DNA of 48,614 bases, counting the filler, from Stramenopiles sp. TOSAG23-2 (Eukaryota), in the NCBI GenBank assembly GCA_900128395.1. It is 2 parts of 2 records of this genome, joined end to end, with 100 filler letters (N's around TTAATTAATTAA, not from the genome) between each part and the next. Parts side by side here need not be neighbours in the genome. Positions count along the whole stretch, not along the records: positions 24,413 to 48,614 come from LT649469.1; 1 more part is not named here. One strand, written 5' to 3'. Position 1 is the first letter of the stretch. Every line of letters begins with the position of its first letter. The position numbers and the translations under genes were made by a program. Under the pieces are notes generated by a model. That model was not told where the DNA came from. It did no database searches and worked only from the letters and a program-made list of their open reading frames with translations. Shown piece after piece: positions 41,840-48,614 of the stretch.

Positions 41840-43900
41840 CTATAATAGTTCTATCTGCATCCATTCCACTTGTTGATACCCGTTTGATCCATCTTTTTTA
41901 TATTGTTCTATAGCTTTTAATTGTGATTTCATATTAGAACTAAGTTGATTATTACGTAGGAACAATCTCTTTAATGTATTGTTTGTTTTTAATCCATCAA
42001 TAATACTTTGTATTCCACTATCATCAGTAATATTATTATTATCTAGGTACAATCTCGTTAATGTGTTGTTTGTTTTTAATCCTTCACCAATACTTTGTAC
42101 ATCAGTAATATTATTATAAGGTAGGTACAATACCTTTAATGTCTTGTTTGTTTTTAATATCACACCAATAGCTAATGCATCCATATCCGTGAGATTCTTT
42201 CCTTTATTGTTTGTTTTTAATCCTTCACCAATACTTTGTACATCAGTAATATTATTATAATCTAGGCCCAATCTCGTTAAATAATTTTTGTTTGTTTTTA
42301 ATCCTTCACCAATACTTTGTACATCAGTAATATTATTATTACCCAGGCGCAATATCGTTAATATATTGTTTGTTTTTAACAATTCACCAATAGCTATTGC
42401 ATCCTCATCCGTGAGATTCTTTCCACTCAAATCCACTTCCGTTTTACTACTATTCCAAAACGACCCAGTCCCATTAATTTTTTTGTCCCATTTAATATAT
42501 ACAGCACTTTTTTTCTTCAATTCATCAACATGTTCTTCTTTCAACTTTCCTACTATTTCAACATTATCTAAGAACGAATCAGTAGTCGTCGTTGCCGTTG
42601 TATCTTCTTCCCATTTAATATATACAGCACTTTTTTTCTTCAATTCATCAACATGTTCTTCTTTCAACTTTCCTACTATTTCAACATTATCTAAGAACGA
42701 ATCAGTAGTCGTCGTTGCCGTTGTATCTTCTGTATCTGTACCATTAATACGTTGTATTTCTTTCTCTTCTTCTTGTTTTATAGAAGATTTCACTGGATAT
42801 GCCGATACACCCATAGTTTGTTTTGTTGAATCAGGATAATCTGAATGATCAAATACTACTGTTGTTGCTATTGGTTTCTTTTTTTGCTTAACATTATTAT
42901 TTGTAATAATGCTCTTTATGTTTCTATCATTATTAACATAATTATCAATACCCCCATTCGGTTTCTTTTCATTATTCATATTGTTATTATTAATATTTTT
43001 GCTATCTATGACATTATTGTTATTGCTCTTAGTTTTCATATTTTCAATCTTATCATCATTATTAGCATCTCTTATCGGCACAACTAGTTCACGCCCTTCA
43101 TCTTCCTTTTTCAAACTCTCATCATCTTTAAATGTCGTATCTGTAATAGTACTATGAAAATAACCATCTTTCACAGGTTCATTTACAATTATTAAACAAT
43201 CTTTTGCACGTGTCATGGCACGATACAATGTCGTTTTATCTTTATTATGCTGCGTACGCAATTCATTAATTTTTACACCAAAACCAACCACAATAGCTAC
43301 ATCATATTCTAAACCATCTTGATTTGAAATGGTATCCACCACCATTTCCACTGATTTATGTTCTTCCAATTGTGGAAATTTTCCAAACATCTCCTCAGCA
43401 CTAAATAGTTCAAATTTAACGTTACTTTTGCTTTTTGCAATTATTGCATTTAATTTCCTTTGTAAACGGGTTTTGAAATCATCTTTTTTAAAATTAGTGT
43501 CATTACTAGGAATAATAATAGAAACACGATGATCTAAATCCACCAAAAATCCAAAATCATTTGCCTTTCGATTTTTTGCATATTTGATTGCCTCTATTGT
43601 TGCAAGAACATATGCATTTAAAATCGTATCATTTTTTTGAACATCCACCATAAACATTTTCACCGCTTCACCAAATGGTTTGGTTTTACATGTTGGTGTT
43701 TGCTCCGTGTGTTTAAATAGATGTGATGCTAAAGTAATTCGTTGCGTTGATCGTACGACATCATTTAATTCTATATTGTAAATATTTTCCATTGTTTGAT
43801 CGTCATCTTCTTCTTCCTCGGCAGCTGCTTCAGCTAATTTCTCTCTTATATTATTCATATTCGATGGATCTTGAGACGGATCTGTAAGTATCGACATCAT
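41840..43900 (-). CDS. C-terminal fragment of the S74-TIR-helicase-LRR gene: SF1 helicase C-terminal RecA domain plus RNI-like LRRs
   Basis: RSTQRI (motif IV-like), DTISNQDGLEYDVAIV (motif V), LYRAMTRAKDCLIIV (motif VI). LRRs LKTNNTLTRLYLDNNNITD at ~42440-41930. Confidence 0.85.
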   Translation of the reverse strand: MMSILTDPSQDPSNMNNIREKLAEAAAEEEEDDDQTMENIYNIELNDVVRSTQRITLASHLFKHTEQTPTCKTKPFGEAVKMFMVDVQKNDTILNAYVLATIEAIKYAKNRKANDFGFLVDLDHRVSIIIPSNDTNFKKDDFKTRLQRKLNAIIAKSKSNVKFELFSAEEMFGKFPQLEEHKSVEMVVDTISNQDGLEYDVAIVVGFGVKINELRTQHNKDKTTLYRAMTRAKDCLIIVNEPVKDGYFHSTITDTTFKDDESLKKEDEGRELVVPIRDANNDDKIENMKTKSNNNNVIDSKNINNNNMNNEKKPNGGIDNYVNNDRNIKSIITNNNVKQKKKPIATTVVFDHSDYPDSTKQTMGVSAYPVKSSIKQEEEKEIQRINGTDTEDTTATTTTDSFLDNVEIVGKLKEEHVDELKKKSAVYIKWEEDTTATTTTDSFLDNVEIVGKLKEEHVDELKKKSAVYIKWDKKINGTGSFWNSSKTEVDLSGKNLTDEDAIAIGELLKTNNILTILRLGNNNITDVQSIGEGLKTNKNYLTRLGLDYNNITDVQSIGEGLKTNNKGKNLTDMDALAIGVILKTNKTLKVLYLPYNNITDVQSIGEGLKTNNTLTRLYLDNNNITDDSGIQSIIDGLKTNNTLKRLFLRNNQLSSNMKSQLKAIEQYKKDGSNGYQQVEWMQIELL
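42487..42732. repeat. In-frame 123-nt tandem duplication in the helicase-LRR linker
   Basis: EDTTATTTTDSFLDNVEIVGKLKEEHVDELKKKSAVYIKW occurs twice; cccatttaatatat at 42487 and 42610. Confidence 0.93.
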
Positions 43901-44327
43901 TTAATTCTATATTGTAAATATTTTCCATTGTTTGATCGTCATCTTCGTCTTCCTCGGCAGCTGCTTCAGCTAATTTCTCTCTTATGTTTACATTCTCTGA
44001 ACGGTCAATTTCTGCCAATAATTCACTAATATCATCTTCTTCTTCCTCATTTAATTCTATATTGTAAATATTTTCCATTGTTTGATCGTCATCTTCTTCT
44101 TCCTCGGCAGCTGCTTCAGCTAATTTCTCTCTTATGTTTACATTCTCTGAACGGTCAATTTCTGCCAATAATTCACTAATATCATCTTCTTCTTCCTCAT
44201 TTAATTCTATATTGTAAATATTTTCCATTGTTTGATCGTCATCTTCTTCTTCCTCGGCAGCTGCTTCAGCTAATTTCTCTCTTATATTATTCATATTCGA
44301 TGGATCTTGAGACGGATCTGTAAGTAT
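43756..44327. repeat. Acidic tandem repeat block, 4 copies with periods 136, 150 and 150 nt; the 136-nt step frameshifts
   Basis: tcatttaattctatattg at 43761, 43897, 44047 and 44197, encoding IREKLAEAAAEEEEDDDQTMENIYNIELN. Confidence 0.93.
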
Positions 44328-45032
44328 AATTCGTTTTTTTGCCTTATAAAAAAAATCTCGACATATTTGTTTCCATTCTTTATTCTTTTCATGTATAATA
44401 TGATGTGCTTCATCAACAACTATTAAATTATATTCATCTACACGGTCTGTATCTTGAATTTGATCAAAATGTAAATATACCGGCTGATCGTCGGAATCTT
44501 GTTTTAATATACCTTGATGTGCTTTATATCCTGTATTTTCAGTACAAAAATGTATACAATTTAAAATATATTGAGGATTATATTTCGTTGCATCATCTTC
44601 TTTTGTCTCATCATCACTTTTATCTTCTTCTTTTGTATTTATAATACGAATTAAAATCCATCTAGCTAAAAATTTTGCAAATCCATTTTTTGTACAAACA
44701 AACAATATTTTCGTCTTTGAATTGTGTTTAATTTCTTTTGTAATAAAATCTAATGCTAAATATGTTTTACCTGAACCAGCTGGACCGTGAATATGAATAT
44801 TGTTAATTTTGTTGTCGTTGTTATATTTGTTATAATATTCATCTAGTTTTTTTCGCTGATCAGGTGTGAGAGTATCGTTTGCTAGTCTACCTTCTTCGCA
44901 TATCTTTCTTAACGTATTCAATAATTGTCTTCGTTCCGGTAGACAATTGATGTTGATATTCTTGCATCCTATCTTTGTAGCAATTTTTTGAACATCGCCT
45001 ATTTGCATCATATTATTTAATGCTTCTATCAT
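43851..45032 (-). CDS. Middle fragment of the S74-TIR-helicase-LRR gene: SF1 (UvrD/Schlafen-helicase-like) N-terminal RecA domain
   Basis: Q-motif-like LTPDQRK, Walker A IHGPAGSGKT (44787-44764), motif Ia ILFVCTK, Walker B LIVVDEAHH, motif III ILTDPSQ. Confidence 0.87.
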   Translation of the reverse strand: MIEALNNMMQIGDVQKIATKIGCKNININCLPERRQLLNTLRKICEEGRLANDTLTPDQRKKLDEYYNKYNNDNKINNIHIHGPAGSGKTYLALDFITKEIKHNSKTKILFVCTKNGFAKFLARWILIRIINTKEEDKSDDETKEDDATKYNPQYILNCIHFCTENTGYKAHQGILKQDSDDQPVYLHFDQIQDTDRVDEYNLIVVDEAHHIIHEKNKEWKQICRDFFYKAKKRIILTDPSQDPSNMNNIREKLAEAAAEEEEDDDQTMENIYNIELNEEEEDDISELLAEIDRSENVNIREKLAEAAAEEEEDDDQTMENIYNIELNEEEEDDISELLAEIDRSENVNIREKLAEAAAEEDEDDDQTMENIYNIELNDVDTYRSVSRSIEYE

Positions 45033-45452
45033 ATTGTTAAGATTTTCTAGATTCCAGGTGTGAGAGTATCGTTTGCTAGTCTACCTTCTTCGCATATCTT
45101 TCTTAACGTGTTCAATAATTGTCTTTGATCCGGTAGACAATTGATGTTGATATTCTTGCATTCTGGTATCATTGTGACAATTTCTTGTAGGTATCCGGGT
45201 CGCAGCGTGCGTATTTTTTCTCTAAGATGATTCAGATTTTGTGGGTTATTTGTGACATACGTTTGAACAAAATTATAGAAAATTGCTGGGGTATGTTTTA
45301 TTTCAGCATTACAGGGACAATTTCTTGTAGGTATCCGGGTCGCAGCGTGCGTATTTTTTCTCTAAGATGATTCAGATTTTGTGGGTTATTTGTGACATAC
45401 GTTTGAACAAAATTATAGAAAATTGCTGGGGTATGTTTTATTTCAGCATTAC
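44861..45452. repeat. Two frameshifting duplications (194-nt and 140-nt periods) between the TIR and helicase coding regions
   Basis: caggtgtgagagtatc at 44861 and 45055; gacaatttcttgtaggtatcc at 45176 and 45316. Confidence 0.92.
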
Positions 45453-47582
45453 TGGGATTATTATTATTATTATTATTATCATTATTATTATTATTTTGTG
45501 GTTTTGCGCGTAATATTTCTTCTTCCACTTCTTTTGGTACCAACGCTGCATTGCTTTTTATATTTGTTTGTAAAAGTGGGATAATTTTTGTTTTCATTTT
45601 TTTTCTTATTTCTTGCATTTTATTAATAGCAGAACCACCCGATAATTGCTCAATTATTTCGTCAATGTTTACATTTAAAACACGCGGGTTGTCACGATCT
45701 ACTTTCATAAATGATATATCACCAAGAAATTTAAATTCATCTGGAGCCAATGACATTAATTCTCCAATTTTCTGTTGATCATTTCTTCGAACAACAGGTT
45801 GAATCGGTATACCAGCTTCTTTTGCCCATCTTAATTCTTCGCGACAGTACCATCGATTAAAATATGCATTCTTTTCAGGTGGATCAGAAGGATTGTCTTC
45901 ATTTACACAAGGGCCAGTTATGATAGCAAGAAATAATTTACACTTCTGAACTCCTTCTTGCATTGCTTCAGTTGCAGGATTGGGCATTTTAACATCTAAC
46001 CATACAGTATAACCTTTCGTAGTCAATTCATGGTACAGAGTGGCAGCAAGTGTAGTTGCCTGCCCACTGCGTCTCGAATGACCAATGAAAAAATCCCAAT
46101 GTCCAGGATCATTAAAAAATTTTGCACTTGTTGTTGATGACATGTCGCTAACATTATTCTGACGGTTTGTAAAAGTCTTCTTCCGTTTATCATTTGTAAA
46201 CTTTACATTATTATTATTATTATTCCGCTCGAAGCTTTGTTGTCGTGCAACCAATACTTTTCCCGCATCACCTGAATACTCGACTATCTGTTTCCCCGAC
46301 CTTGTTTCTACCGTTTTTTTTATTGTTAATTTTCCCTTATTCTGTTGATATTGTTGTTGTTGCTCTAGTTCATCAACTCGACCATCTATCTTTACAACAT
46401 CTTTTTCCAAGGCAATAATATTTTCCTCTAACTTGACATACTTTCCATAAATATTACAATAAAACGTTTTTAATCTTTTCAAATTTTCATTCATTTTTGT
46501 GGACAACTCTTTTTGATTACTGAATAGGTTCTGAATACTTCGAATTAATAATGCACGTATGGCATTGGAATTAACAACTAAACGTCTTCCTTTTTTAATC
46601 TGTTTTTGTCCATCTTTATCTAAAATCGGAATTCCACTTTCATCTTTGATTACACGATCGTTCATATTTTCACGAGTTACGTTTATGCTCTGATCTTCAT
46701 AGTGTATTAATGGAATTCGTAAGTTTTTACCTATTTCCCATAAATCTTCTGCAATATAACCTGCATCCAAATTGCCATTACTGATCCATTCGTAAATATG
46801 CAAGTTTAAGCCGGATACTTGTTCTAAAACGTCATCTGGAAATGGAGTATCTGTCTGTATTATTTTCAATTCAGAATCAGATAATACTTGTAATTGATCA
46901 ACAATAGCTTGGGCAATATATGCATTATTTACATATATTGTATCAAAGTTATATGATAGGTTGCTATTAGTTATGTTTAAGTTTGCATTTGGGAATGAAA
47001 CTATACCATTGTTGTTGATTCTTAAATTAGTGCCTGGAAAGTAGTTAGTTTCCTTATGGGCTTGATATACAATTAAGATTTGAAATTTTATATTTGATAA
47101 GGATATGCCATCACGATCGTATACTTGAAAATTTACAGGTTTTTCCTGATCGAACTGGTCTTTAAAAAAAAAATGTTTTCGATTTCTTTGTCTTCCATTT
47201 CTTGTATTGTCAATATGGCAAAAATTCAACGAGACATTGTTGTCAAGGGGAAGGTCGTACTGCGACGCCGTATTAAGTCCTCTACAGACAATGCTCCCAT
47301 AAGGCACATTATTATTATTATTATTATTAGAATCACTCAAACTCAATATACCATGTAGCTTAGGAACAATTCCGTTCCCTGTTGTATTTCCTCCTAGATT
47401 CCCTCGTAAAGCAAATATATTATATGTAGAATCACTTTCATCACAAATCAATGAGCATAGAGTTTGACGATCAACATTTGTAATTTTTATTTTTAAAACA
47501 TATTCATTTTCCTGTTGTTGGGATTGTATATAACTTTCCTGCTGTCCCATACCGAATAAATCATCATCATATGAATTATCAA

Positions 47583-47615
<33 letters not shown>

Positions 47616-47619
47616 CCAT
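45298..47619 (-). CDS. N-terminal fragment of the S74-TIR-helicase-LRR gene: beta-rich domain, peptidase S74/ICA-like domain, coiled coil, TIR domain
   Basis: TIR: WDFFIGHSRR, GYTVWLD, AMQEGVQKCKLFLAIIT, YFNRWYCREELRWA, IQPV (~46100-45650). S74-like: LSDSELK...DVLEQVSGLNLHIYEW...AGYIAEDL...LLIRSIQNL (46881-46520). First ATG is at 47619. Confidence 0.82.
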
Positions 47620-47739
47620 GATTATACATATATATATATATTTCTCAAATAAAAAAATAGAATAGAATGAATATAAATGAATCAAGATGTATATATGATA
47701 TCATCTATTGATATTATATATATTATTAAGATTACCACA

Positions 47740-47983
47740 GATCAGATTTTAATATATATAGGCATAGATTTAGATTATATTATAGATTTTATATATTAGA
47801 ATAATAATAAAAAATAATAATAATAAATAATTATTAAGAATTGCTTAACATAAATACATATGATCAGATTTTAATATATATAGGCATAGATTTAGATTAT
47901 ATTATAGATTTTATATATTAGAATAATAATAAAAAATAATAATAATAAATAATTATTAAGAATTGCTTAACATAAATACATAT
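47740..47983. repeat. 122-nt perfect tandem duplication upstream of the TIR gene
   Basis: gatcagattttaatatatataggcatag at 47740 and 47862. Confidence 0.92.
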
Positions 47984-48082
47984 TATTATGGTATGGAGTG
48001 TATGAAGGTAAGCTGAGGCTCATGCAGAGATCATCAGCATCAGCAGCACATCATTTTTCTTTATTCTAGATTTAGATTGTTG

Positions 48083-48111
48083 GTCACGAGTCACGAGTCA
48101 CGAGTCACGAG
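48083..48111. repeat. 7-bp microsatellite (GTCACGA)x4
   Basis: Read directly from the sequence. Confidence 0.9.
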
Positions 48112-48223
48112 GAGCAACAAAAACGTATCAATTTGTCCATTTTTTTCACAATAATTTCAATGATACAACTAGGACATGGAGTATGGAGTAGTATAATAAA
48201 CTATTACTAAATAAAGGCAAAAT

Positions 48224-48614
48224 AGTATAATGATTTCTCTCTGCTTTTTTCCAGACTTTTTTCTTCCTCCTGATATGTTTTGCTTATGTGCTTATTAATA
48301 CCAGGCTTATACCAGCTTTATTATCATTCCTGGAATTCAACAATTACCAGGTGCCCAACAGGGAATTAATATACATATTACTCTGGAAGAATGAGTATAA
48401 TGATTTCTCTCTGCTTTTTTCCAGACTTTTTTCTTCCTCCTGATATGTTTTGCTTATGTGCTTATTAATACCTATTATAATACCAGGCTTATACCAGCTT
48501 ATTATCATTTCAGCGCTATTTTTCTTTTTTTTTTCTTCCTTCTTCCCGGACGAATTCCTGGAATTCAACAATTACCAGGTGCCCAACAGGGAATTAATAT
48601 ACATATTACTCTGG
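48224..48614. repeat. Imperfect direct repeat block running to the window end
   Basis: agtataatgatttctctctgc at 48224 and 48394; ttcctggaattcaa...attactctgg at ~48327 and ~48556. Confidence 0.88.

Noticed and set aside
43756-44327. Repeat block as a possible CRISPR-like array
   Set aside because: The units are long, coding and have no unique spacers; no cas genes; eukaryotic context.
43851-45032. P-loop domain as NACHT/NB-ARC (classical NLR)
   Set aside because: DEAH Walker B, TDPSQ, GLEYD and YRAMTRA are SF1 helicase motifs, not STAND motifs.
43756-45452. Introns as the explanation for the 140-nt and 136-nt frameshifts
   Set aside because: I found no AG|GT in those duplicated units that would allow exact excision, and the breaks coincide with duplication junctions. 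Inexact splicing cannot be excluded without RNA data.

Overview
AT-rich, gene-dense, almost intron-less eukaryotic DNA. The poly-Asn tracts, eukaryote-type gene families and single GT-AG intron suggest a unicellular protist, possibly a stramenopile; this is inference. A 100-nt artificial spacer (N44-TTAATTAATTAA-N44, 24313-24412) splits the window into two contigs that need not be neighbours. Left contig: GCKR-like SIS protein, ABCC transporter, K2P channel with internal EF-hands, GST, mitochondrial KAS (OXSM/FabF), HPRT, a secreted GxGYxYP-MsrA-like fusion, a SPX-SLC26(SulP)-STAS transporter with a complete PstS-like phosphate-binding domain inserted in its membrane domain, and a TSP1-repeat surface protein. 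Right contig: a 3161-aa PH/coiled-coil single-pass membrane protein, a multi-pass membrane protein, a nuclear-looking papain-like protease with two SIM-like motifs, and the most striking locus. That locus is three consecutive minus-strand ORFs (41840-47619) that join into one ~1769-aa frame when three frameshifting tandem duplications are collapsed. The joined architecture is [beta-rich N-domain]-[peptidase S74/ICA-like self-cleaving domain]-coiled coil-TIR-SF1 helicase-LRR, a candidate non-canonical NLR-like immune receptor. All domain calls come from motif recognition by eye, not database searches.
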